A DNA stretch of 64,000 nt from Dimorphilus gyrociliatus. Taxonomy: Eukaryota > Animalia > Annelida. Shown here one piece after another: positions 13,671 to 25,135 of this stretch. Numbering within the stretch: position 1 is the stretch's first letter; each line of letters opens with the position of its first letter. The notes beneath the pieces were generated by a model that was not told the DNA's origin, ran no database searches, and saw only the letters and a program-made list of their open reading frames with translations. Location of the stretch: NCBI GenBank assembly GCA_904063045.1, contig CAJFCJ010000006.1, forward strand, positions 434,001-498,000, in the 5' to 3' direction. The translations under genes were made by a program, and so were the position numbers.

Positions 13671-14901
13671 TTAATTATTATAAGAGTAAGGAGGTTTGAG
13701 CATGGTCATTTCGCTTTCGTCGGCGCTGCAGGAGGCTATAGGTGGAGGGGGTGGAGGAGGTGGTGTTCTGCAGTAGGCTTCTAAGCGATCGTCTCCGAAA
13801 AACCTTATTTTACCGCAAAGCACTCTTCGGAAGGCTGTTCTGAATGTCGTGTTGTAGAAGGCATAGAGGAATGGATTCAGTGTGCTGTTTGGCAAGTATG
13901 TAATGAATAAATCATTAAAACATCGTATATACTTTAGCGCACCTGTTTACATATCCCAGCCATAAACAGAACAAATCCAAATCCATGTTCACTTTATTTC
14001 GTAACCACGGTTTGACAGAGAAAAGAAGAAAATAGGGCACCCAGCAGACTACAAAAGCTACCACTACGCATCCCAGAGTTATTGTGGCCTTTCTATCTGA
14101 GACAGCTCCTCTCTGGCTGTCGCGTTTAACGCTTCTTTTTCGACTTTGTCCAAAGCGAAGGAATAATTTTTTTTTCTTTTTAATTGTTGATGTATTTCCA
14201 TTTTTAACAACTGAATTAATTTGTTTCACTTGTGATTTGGCAATGGAATAGACTCTCGCATAAACTGCACACATGATGATGAGAGGAACAAAATAAGTAC
14301 CAATACTAATAAACATGGCGTAGGTTTTGTTACCCAGCTCGAAGATACAATTTTCAGGATTTTTTACATTTTGGACACAGCCGTTCTCCGTATTCCATCC
14401 TACGTGAATAGGTACATAAGCAAGAAGAAGTGACGACAACCAAATACTGGCTATGCAAATATAAACTCGTCTCTTTGTTACTAAAAACTCGTAGCGAAAA
14501 GGCCTAGTGACGGCCAAGTGACGGTCGAGAGATATTGCAAAGAGGTTAAGTATTGAGATGGTACACAACCAGACATCGTTGGAAATATATATATTGCAAA
14601 AAACACTTCCAAGAGGCCATTTAGCCCAGATTGTCGTTAAACTAGAAAAAGGAAGAACTAGTAATCCGAGCATAAGGTCTGTTGCGGCTAGAGAGAATAC
14701 AAATAGGTTTGTTGCCGTGTGAAGACGGCGTTGCGTGACGACGGTGACGCAAACGAGCAGATTACCGAGAACCGTAAGGAGAATGATGATGCCTAAAACG
14801 ATAATCAGCAGGACGGACGCCCATAAGGGACGCAATAGTTGATTTCCGTCATTCGACGCCGCTTCCGCCGTAGTATTATTAGCGGCCGTTGACGTCTCCA
14901 T
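13671..14901 (-). CDS. Class A aminergic GPCR, histamine H2 receptor-like; one short intron in TM7
   Basis: Seven hydrophobic segments: TM1 GNLLV, TM2 LAATDLMLGLLVLPFS, TM3 DVWLCTISILNLFAISLDRH, TM6 FVVCWVPYF, TM7 LWLGYVNS|TLNPFLYA, poly-Pro C-tail. ATG at 14901. Confidence 0.88.
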
Positions 14902-15278
14902 ATCAATCACATCATTCTCTTATCGATAGCAGGTGCCTGTATATACAAAAACTGAAGATAGTGATAATCAATCGTGAAATAAAACGTTTGTAGAATTGTG
15001 GATAAAAACTTGATGGGCAAAAATCTTGTAGATACAGTTTCCTTGCAATTTGCTATTTAAGAGCAAGACAATTTCCTTTTGCCGTTCCCTAAGGGATTTA
15101 CTACTCTATGATTGCATCAACGAGCAGCAAATCGAAAATTGTAGTTATATGTAGTATATTATACTACATCCGCACACGTAATACATAGCCTATCATAATA
15201 CTGTTAACACTGTAAGTATATATTTATTTTACAAATCTAATACATCCAGAGCACACAATTTATATAGGATATACACAG

Positions 15279-15412
15279 TATATATAGAAGTATATGTATA
15301 TATATATATATCCTGTATAGAAACTTGTGTTATACTAATATCTATATATACAATGAATATGAATATATTTATATACGTATATAAATAAACCAATATTATA
15401 TTTATAAGATTA

Positions 15413-15446
<34 letters not shown>

Positions 15447-15480
15447 TTGTATATATATATAGATATATATAGTTATATGT
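15279..15480. repeat. (TA)n microsatellite-rich block
   Basis: TA runs at about 15297-15311, 15415-15442 and 15450-15470. Confidence 0.9.
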
Positions 15481-17218
15481 ACTGTATTCTGACTAAATTG
15501 CCGATATATTTGCACATAATATAGGTGCCTTTGTTGTCTCTTATCGCTGCCGCTAATCACATCCTGATTTTCTTGACGCGTACAGAATGAAAAGCCTTAC
15601 AAATCCCAACTGCCGTCTTTTTCTAATTGCCGGCGTCTAGAGACGCGCAGATTAATCGACGAAACGCGATATATTTATCCAAATAACGAGAGGCATCCTG
15701 TCGGTCGATATGGCTATAGACTGTAATTTTCGCCCTAATTAAGCCTTGAAGCCTGCGTAAATATTACGTGAGGATATAACTGAATCATTTTTTTTCTATA
15801 CAGGTCATATATATATAACCTCCGTAGTCTATACGCACTTGCTATTTTCCGATCAAACACCCAGAACAAACGAAAGCATTTATATTTTGATTAAAAGTAA
15901 TCATAGGCAACAGATTAACTAGCCTGATCTTATTAAACACACTAAACATATACTACGCTCCTTAAAATACACTGATATATAACTCTATTTGATAAATAGG
16001 TCTATCGCGTAATTTTCAAAAAAAAGAAGAAATTTGCACGCATTTTAAGTTGATATTCAAAACGTTCGATTACTAAGGGTAATCTCACTTTTTACGGTTT
16101 CTGTTGTGGTGTTTTTATTACCTTTAGGATTCGTTCATGCGGCAGGTATATTTTTGCGGTCGTGCCGTGGGAAGTATAAAAAGAAAACACCCAACTGCTG
16201 TATACATATGTATACGTGTGTATTTTCGCTTAACTGGTTAAAAAGCCTCTTTTGTTCGAAACTCGTTAGACGTCGATAATTCGGACAAAAGCCTTATAGT
16301 TTGTCTAGCGCCAAATTATATTTTCAGGCCTACACACCTTATACATGTAGGTCTGTAAAAAATTATACATATATGACAGAAATCACGTCTGCTTTAATTA
16401 ATTGACGGTGATGGAGGTATAATGATACTCGGCTCGTCGTTTATACTCGCCTACAGCCCTGTATAACCCATATCGATTAATAGAGAGCTTTTTGTGTACC
16501 TTCCTAACCTTCGCCGTAGCTGTTTGACTTTGTTATATTTTCCTATATTCGACGCCTCCGCTATATATACCTATACACATCTGTAGCTATGCAACTTGCT
16601 TTCAGAATCGGATTATATAAAGGTACGGTATAAAGGGACTGTTTTAAAACTTAGGGCACAAAATTCAGCCTAAGCAACTAAATATAAATATTTTCAACAT
16701 GTTTGTGGATACATTGATGCATAGTATATAGTACAAGTGTAAGAATGACAAACTCACATAGACCTGTGCTTGTTTCATACCTTTCAGCTGCCTAATAAAT
16801 TACACAGGCAACTCGATAGGCCTACGCGGCCGGAATTCCGTAATCCGATCATAAAGGAGAAAAAATGAATCGAGAGTTCTGTTTGGCTTCTATACCGGTA
16901 TATGCGACGGTTGTTTGTCCGAACGACGCCCCGAATTGTTTGTATTTGCATACTAATAGGCCTAATCCCCTCCCTATTCTGTATACGTGGAGCAAAGGCG
17001 ACGACTGTTCCCGGGAGATCTAACGATCTTTTCTCTTTTATTTTTCCTTTCCCCCCTCTTTCTTTAAAAGTACCATTATTGTATATGTGCATACTAAATA
17101 TAATAAAAGTGTATATGATACGACACCAGCCTGCTCCGTACGTACATACGCTGGTAAATTCATCTGTCAATCATCAATCTACTTATCAAATCATCTGAGG
17201 CTTTTATTATATGTTATG

Positions 17219-17270
17219 TATATATATATATATATATATATATAAATTTATATACATATATATATATATA
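17219..17270. repeat. (TA)n microsatellite
   Basis: Direct reading of an interrupted TA run. Confidence 0.9.
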
Positions 17271-18053
17271 CTGTAGACATATAAGATTATATTTTTAAGT
17301 TGGAATTAAACGATTACGTTTAAAAATTTTCCCTTTATATTTTGAGTCTGTTGATGTATAAAAACGTATATAAATATAAAAATCAGAGTATAAATAGATA
17401 GACATTTTAAATATATTCAGGCGTATATATAGACTTAAATCCTGTTTATTGCGGAGCGGAAAACTATATTTATATGTAAAGAATTAGATGAAAGCGGACA
17501 AAAAAATCCTTCCTCTCTTGCCTTACGGCATTCCTTTAATAAATGCGATTAGCCTGTTTTCTTTTTCCGGAGCACAAATCAATCGATCACATAAAAAAGC
17601 ATAAGCCAAGGTGTGGAACGAGATGAACGAAATTTGAGCTTAAGCTCATTTGTAGTTGGTCGAGCGTTTGTTTGTCGTCTCTTTTGTTTTACTATGCGCA
17701 ATCACGTCGTACGGCGAAAAACGAAAACGGCAAGAAATAAAAGGAAGTTTTACAATAATGAACTCCACTTTTTCTTCTCCAATGGAACAGCCGCTCAACT
17801 TGGAGAGTTTAGTAATCGATTTCTACGTCAATCTCGTTCTAAAATTCCCTAAAAAAACTCACTCTCTCAGGCGTTACCGTATCGTTATTTGTTCAATTGG
17901 AGTACGCGCGTGTTTGTTATTTTTACTTCAAATAGATTAAACGGAAAAAGTTATCTCTAGTTTACTCAAAAGGATCAGATTTTACTTACCGTAGAGATAG
18001 TGTCTAATATTCCCGGTCGCTCGTCTTCTTTTCGACCAAATGTCGGCTCGCTC

Positions 18054-18084
18054 TCAAGTCACGTGACTTGATGTCAACCAATCA
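18054..18084. promoter_or_regulatory. 18-bp palindrome containing GTCACGTGAC (CLEAR/USF-type E-box) plus an adjacent CCAAT box
   Basis: TCAAGTCACGTGACTTGA is a perfect palindrome, followed by AACCAATCAG. It lies between divergent transcription units. Confidence 0.6.
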
Positions 18085-18385
18085 GCTTTTTACAAACAGG
18101 CCTAATAACGACGGCGGATTGTACATTTTTGTCTAGGCAAATTACTAATGGAATGCTTTATTGTCGGCTTACTTTTTCTATCGCCCGAGAGATTTTCATT
18201 AGTAGATGGTCTTATTTCTTTCCTGTTGACTAGCGAGTTGTAATTAATAACACGCCTATGAGTGCGCTACAGACCTATGATAAAAATTTTTTTGCGCCTA
18301 ATTAAACAGAAGCGCCATCTCTCGTGCGCAAATTGGCCCTTAGAAACGGTTGTTGACGTCACCGCTCAAACGGAAACTCTGGGAA

Positions 18386-18889
18386 ATGGCGTATGCTCCT
18401 GACTATAACACTGAGTACTCCGACAATTTCAGACTAAAAGCGGAAGAAAAGGGATTAAATAAAGAAGATATATTTCGTAGTCAACGAACGCGGCCACTCG
18501 AACAATGCAGCATTGAGCAACGCAATAACTTTGCAGGTTTCATTTCTAACAAGCACAAGTCGATTTTCCGCGACGAACCCAGCAAGGATGTCCTGAACAA
18601 ACCCTACGGACGTCGGTTGATGCATGATGAAACTCATCCGGATCTCATTTACGGATCACAATGGTCGAGTGAGTTGGCTGACCATAACGGATGTTACTCT
18701 TTTCCAACAACGACTAATTTACAAGCTGAACATCCATTTTACAAAAATCTTGAGTGGATGAAGGAAGGGGAAACCGGTAATTGGCCGACAAATGCTTGGA
18801 AGGAGTGGACTCAAATTAGTGAGTGTCCTAAGTACGACGGCTACAGCGATCAAGTCGAGTATAGCAAATACAAAACAAATGTTTACTAA
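18386..18889 (+). CDS. Single-exon orphan protein (167 aa), possible ciliary microtubule-inner-protein-like
   Basis: Open ORF from ATG 18386 with coding-like GC content. Y/W/N/D-rich hydrophilic sequence with a YNTEYSDNF motif. AATAAA just downstream. Confidence 0.7.
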   Translation: MAYAPDYNTEYSDNFRLKAEEKGLNKEDIFRSQRTRPLEQCSIEQRNNFAGFISNKHKSIFRDEPSKDVLNKPYGRRLMHDETHPDLIYGSQWSSELADHNGCYSFPTTTNLQAEHPFYKNLEWMKEGETGNWPTNAWKEWTQISECPKYDGYSDQVEYSKYKTNVY

Positions 18890-18971
18890 TATTCTGTGAA
18901 TTTGAGATAAAAATAAAATTAATTGGGACGGTTGTATTAATGACAGTCTCTTCGAATAATAAAGTTAGCAT

Positions 18972-21047
18972 TCACGAAGTATATTGTACTGTAACAGAAA
19001 AAGTTTCTTCTGTTTTATCATCTTCGTCATTAACAAATACTAAGATATTGACGACCCCTGTACTTCCTACCGGTATGAACCGTAAACCGATATTATATGT
19101 CTCCTGACTCATCAATTCTATACGTGTCTCCTTGAAGTGCAATAAATCCGGTCTGGAAGTGAGAATGTGAAAAGCCTTCTTTGACGAATACGGATTAGTA
19201 AACGCCAGTCGTTTGTTAACTGCTCTTCCGGTCGCTACTTTTACTTCGAAAGACTTTCCTACTTCAGGTGATTTACAATTGACACAAACGAGCCATGATT
19301 TGAAAAGCGTCCTACAGTCAACATCTACGACGTTTATATACATAAACCTAACTCCTGCAGAACTTCCTCTTACTCCGATCGCCAATTCATAAAGAGAATT
19401 GGCTGTTAACGTAAAAGGTTCTGAAGGTGAAACGGACATATGCATCGGATGACTGACGTAGGCCTTTACAAGTTTTGACGAATGACCTCCTTTTAATACG
19501 ACGTTAGTCCTCGTTGTTTGCCCTTCAATGCATGCAATATCAATCCTCTGCAAGGAATGAATCAGTACTTTCCAGATTTGAAGAGGATTTGCTAGGTGTT
19601 TTTCCGTATACAGCGCGAGATAAAATTTTTTTATCTGTGGCGCAGCTCCACAAGCCACTTTTATAGTTACGTCGTGAGGTTCACCAACTAAAACTGCTCT
19701 TGAATTTGCTATTACATTTGGATCGCTACACTTTACATAAATTTGTTGAGCTTGACCATTACCAACGATTGCTCCTGGTAAATGATTTAACGGAGGAAGT
19801 CTCAACGATTGACGAAAAAAACTGTGTTCCGGATGATGAAATCTGAATGTTTGATCAATTACATGTGGTAAGGGCTCTATTCTTAACTTTAAAACTGCTA
19901 CTGGATTTTTAGATTCCACAGTTCTACAATACACTTTTACTACTCTGCCTTCATCTTTGAATTTTTCTTTCTTAGCTGACGCCTTAAAAATATTTACGGC
20001 GCCTGTCGTTTGTACTGTATTATCAGCCTTAAAGGTGAGGAATTTAAAGGGCACGTTTACCCTTTCCTTAGGTCGCAAGTATATTTGTGGAATGCCTTCA
20101 TCTGACGAGCTAAATAAGCCTTCCTCTGTGGGGCTATCCAATAAGTCATTTATTACTTTAAGATATTTCCATTCTTGTGAATCGGTAACAAGTCGTAGTT
20201 CCGCGTCATCGCATTCGATTTCGACGGTATGGGCGGTATTATATGGATTACGTAATGAAAATTCAAAAAAAGAAGTTTTTCCAAACGAAGGATGAATTAC
20301 GTGCTCCGTTGTAATAGCAGCACTCAGTACATTTAATATACCATCTCTTTTAGAAGCAGTTCGGTAAGTATCGATTGTTTTCAGGTCTCGAGACCTCTCT
20401 TCCTTAACGGCTCTAAAGGATTCGACGATGGGCGGAACGTTTTCGTCGCTTTCTGTCTTCCTAACGGCTTGCATTCTAGACAGTTTCTTACGCCTCTCCG
20501 AACTAGTTTGATTACTATCATTCTCGGTATTATTCTTTTTTTTGAATGAGTTTAATACTTCTGCAAGCTCATTGTTTGCTTCAATCATGTGATATGCTCT
20601 AACAACTTTGTTGCATTTCACATCTGCGAAAGGAGAGATATTCTTTAGATTTAATTAATTTAACAACAATTCACAGGCTACAGACCCTGTTTATATTTGT
20701 TGAAGCTATGCAAACTACCACCTGCGAACTGCTTTCGGATGCTATCATCCGCTGAAATTATTGGCTTGGAGCAGACTATTTCAACTTGTTTATCTATAAA
20801 AAATAAATATTAACCCTATGAGCAACAAATATTTGTGTTTGAACCTTTTTTACAAACAACTTCTGACTTTATTCCAACATTAGCAGCTCGGAAATGCAAG
20901 CGTCCACGTAAAAGATTATTAACTTCAACTGGTTTAGTTGGTGACTCCTGAATTATTTCTTCATGTTCGGTGGCAACAACATCCAATTCAAAAGTTACTT
21001 GTACTGCAGGTCGTCCTTGACGACAAAGATGCTTTTCGCAATGATAA

Positions 21048-21079
<32 letters not shown>

Positions 21080-24000
21080 TTATGTACATAAGTGTACATT
21101 TATAAATTGACCAGGTTTAGAGCACTTACTTTTAACTCAACAGCTGCGGAGCCTATGAGGAGAAGGGAATCGCCATCCCAAGCGTCAATATGTAAAGTTT
21201 GACGTGATAAATAATCTAGGAATAACCTCTTTTCACCACTTTTCATATAAGCTGGATCTAAATCGTATTTCACTTCATATCCCGGTTGTCCTTGTGCAAT
21301 TCTGCCGCTTTTATCAATTTTTTTTAATATAAAAGGGGCAGTATGCATATTATTCGATAGATCACCCTCCAATTCGGCTAATGATAATCTCTCTGTGGTT
21401 ACTTGAGGAAAACGGTAAAATTGAAAGGTGAGAAAAATCGATGAAGGTGTCGGTTGCCCTCCAGTTAGTTCCAAGTTTTCCAATCTAGATAAAAGTATCG
21501 TAACAGCTTAAGATATCATAAGTTAATAAGTAAAGAAAAATATATATCTAACCTGGAAAATGCCAAAAATTGAAAGATAATCTGATTAGTTTGAAGTTTA
21601 TCCGCTTCTTCTTTATAAGGATCAAATTGTAATTCATCCATAGGATCAACTACCTCGGCTGAGCGGCCCTTGGAATCCTCGATGGCCGGAAATCCGGCAC
21701 TGTATAACTTAGAATAAGCAGCTCTTGATAAGCCTTGGCTATGTAACCGTAAAACAAACTTGTAGACAAGTCAGATAATCGTACCATGAAATTACTTACC
21801 TCCTAGGTCCTCCTCCGCTTGCGATTACAGGAGCGTGAAAAGGGGTAAAAGGTAGCTCGTGCATGATTTCTCCGCGCGTGCTCATATAGGGCTGCGTCAA
21901 TAAAGCGTCAAAATTCAATTGATTGTCAAATAAAAAAGGCACATATAAAAATTTCTACAGCACGTACTGATGTCGATGTAGCTCTCAACTGGGAAATCTC
22001 AAGGGGCAAATAGCCTTGTCCTACAGATTGGGGTCCGTAAGGAATAGCTGGACCAGTAGGGTATCCAGAAATCTGTTGCTGGTAAGCCTGCTGAGTCCCA
22101 GTTGGCGATGGAGTTAAGCCTAATGAAGGAATGTATGGCATGCCTTGTTCGTAACTTGTTCTGGCTGTGATCTGATCAGTTCTAAAAAGTCACAAGAGGA
22201 ATTCTCAAAATCATTTGGATATATTTATAAGATAAAAAGATTTTTCATAGAAAAGCAAAAAGATTATTAAAGCACCTGACAAAGGAATCGGGAGAATGAA
22301 CCGGAATTTCTGGCACTTCCCGACCGAAAGTCTTTGGTGTTCTAATTTAAGACAGACAGAAATCAGACACGTTATTACTTGAAAGGTGAAATGTATTAGT
22401 AAGCATGTATTTTAAATAATAAACCTGACGCTGGATGGATGCAACGGTGGCTTTGTCGATATCTCTTGCAAGCCACTTTCGTCTGAGTGAATACTAGTTG
22501 TATCTTGATAAGCGGATTTGAGCATTCCTATTCTATTTGATTCAACAACACCTGGAACCTGTAAAGAGGATGATCTTCCAGAATATTGATCATCGTCATA
22601 AAAGTGGAAATTAATGACGGAAGAGGAGGAAATACTGCCATGTGATCCAGTAACATCAGAGTCGGCTGTTAGCTGTTTGAAGATGAAACTTTGTTCTGGA
22701 TTAATTAGAGGACCGCCTTGAAGATATATGACATTCTCCACGCCATGTTGCTTACTGAATGGACACCAAGAACCCCATCTAACAGCAACATTGAACGTTG
22801 GTGATCTGACCATACTCATCTGAAAATATTTTACATAATAGAAACCAGAACATATATTTATATAAGTATATTAATAATCATCAGAAAATTAAAATGTATA
22901 AAAAGTTAGAGCTGTTCGGTAGGTTTGAAGCACAGATAGTAACTTACGTTCAAACTTTTACTTCCTTGTGGCATAAACTTGGGCTATAAAAGTTAAAACA
23001 AAAATCTTGAAAGTGTGTAAAATAACTAAGTGCAAGTCAAGCTATAAGTTACAACACGACATTGAAAATAATAGCACTAGTAACGTTACCCGTCTATTTT
23101 TATCTGTAATCGTAGGTTCACCAATTAAATATTCGATTACAAATACTATGGCGACCATTGGATCTTGCACAAGTCCGTCAATCTGGATTCGGCTTTTATG
23201 AATTAAAGCTGAGGCACCAGTTGCATTTTGTCTTTATAATCAAAATATCTTAAATGTAATTATGTGAAAGGTTATAATTAATTACAGTGATCCGGCACTT
23301 GAGGTTCTTCTGTGACTGAAGCTACCTCTCCTCATCGATCCAGATCTTTTTGATTGCTCCCCATCCAAATGTAATTGAACAATTTCCGGTTCCGAAATGA
23401 AAGTCCATCCATTGTGAACGCCAATCTAAATAATATATTAGAGAAAAATTCAACTAAAGGAACTCATTATCATGTAACAACCTTTAGGCGCCTTTCGATA
23501 ACACATATTCCACCTTCTTCTATTCCCGAGCGATTTTTGTTCCGTCTATCTTCTTTTAAATATTTGCACAACTCCTCTTCAAACTGATCGACTGAACAAC
23601 CAAAATTAACGTGAATTTTCTCGATAAAAGCTGGTTTTTTCTTTAACTTTTTTGGTAATCTTAAGTTGTCTCCTTTCAAGAAGTTTGCTTTATTATATAA
23701 ATAAGGATACTGATTGTTAAATACCTCCAGAATTTTCTACAATTCCAGGAATGCTGTCATTATTACTGACTATCGCATTTTCTGGTATTAAGTGTAGGAC
23801 TTTTTTTAATGTTTCATGAGTTCTTAGCTGAATATTGAGGACACAATTAGGGATAACTTCTATTTCTGAGGAATATAATTAAAATGAAATGATTAAGTTT
23901 AAAGTTCTTAAATTTTTCTCTTGAAACAGACCTTGTCTCTCCTGATTCAAGAAAAAGAGTGCTCTTGGAGAGCCATTGCATAATGGAATTCTATAATTGA

Positions 24001-24740
24001 AAAATGATGTAATTGTTTTAAGAATGCAAATGGTATTACTTGGAAAGGGGCGCGTTCTTCGTCTCAGACGAATCTGGGACATCTTCAAAAGAGAATAATT
24101 CAAACTTTCCCCAGCCGCAACTCTGTTCAACATTATTAAGAATAGCCGCAATTTCCACAACCAACAATATACCGGGATCGATGATTGAGGTATGGAAATA
24201 AACGTTCTGTGAAAAAGCGTAAATAATAAAAAGGAAATCAAACATCCTCCTTTAATTATATCGTACGTGATTGAAAACGACTCGTAAGCCGTCTTTTTCA
24301 ACTTTCGCATTAACAGTTGAGCTGGTAAAAGACTTTCCAAAAAATTGCTGATAAGACGAGTCATAAAGAAATAAACGAAGTTGAAAAGCTCTCGCTTCAG
24401 GCTGCTAGTAAAAAATGACTAAATAATTACATATAACGGCACTCAAAATATCGCTAACAAGTCTCGGTAGGCCTTCAACAGTTTTAATAAGTAAGTTGAA
24501 CGGGAAACTAGTATTTTTTACATTGGTTTTTATTAAATTTACATTAGGAGTAGTTGAGCTCTTTCTTAAAATCTTCTCAAAGGGAAGAGCGTCTTTGGAT
24601 GTCCATTTTGTCACACCAGTAATTACATCTGCATTAGTATTAACTTTAACTTGCTTCTTATCGACTTTTTTGACGTAGCCTAAATCAGAAAATATCCGCG
24701 AAGTATCTATAGGTAGAGGAGTAAACCATCCATTCTTCAT
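18972..24740 (-). CDS. NPHP4: Nephrocystin-4 (ciliary transition zone); many exons
   Basis: Motifs match NPHP4: VYFHTSIIDPGILLVVEI..SCGWG, LCNGSPRALF, VIERRLK|IGVHNGW, VRWGSWCP..LQGGPLINP, FLTFQFYRFPQVTTERL, FFEFSLRNPY, C-terminal VFVNDEDDKTEETF. ATG at 24740. Confidence 0.95.
21049..21079. repeat. (TA)n microsatellite in an NPHP4 intron
   Basis: Direct reading. Confidence 0.85.
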
Positions 24741-25122
24741 TGTTGAAAATTTAATGAAATATTCAGAATACTATTGATCGAGGCGTAAAAGCTAGAACCA
24801 GTCGATAAGACAGTGTAGTAAAATGGACTGCACGGCACAGAGAAATACAATACGATAATCAAATACAACACTGAATAAATTATAAATATATATGAATCTA
24901 TCAATAAAATGACTTTTCTTAGAAAATCTGTATTTATTATTTGAATTATTATTGAAAGGTTAATAAATCTTTACAATGAATCCCTCAAAACGTTAAAGGA
25001 TCTTCAAAAGCAGCTGAACTCCTCTCTTGCTACTTTATTTACTATGTATAGTGATCAATAAATCAACAGCAAAGTGATATATATTCAAAGTAGCTATTTT
25101 TATCATTATCAACAAACCGACA

Positions 25123-25135
25123 GTTGCCCAGTAAC
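25123..25135. promoter_or_regulatory. RFX X-box-like motif upstream of NPHP4
   Basis: GTTGCCCAGTAAC fits GTTRCC-N-RGYAAC, about 380 bp 5' of the NPHP4 ATG. Confidence 0.55.

Noticed and set aside
16784-17940. Overlapping ORFs on both strands (128, 98, 79 and 94 aa)
   Set aside because: They lie in the probable GPCR 5' intron, have non-ATG or weak starts, low-complexity composition and no recognisable homology.
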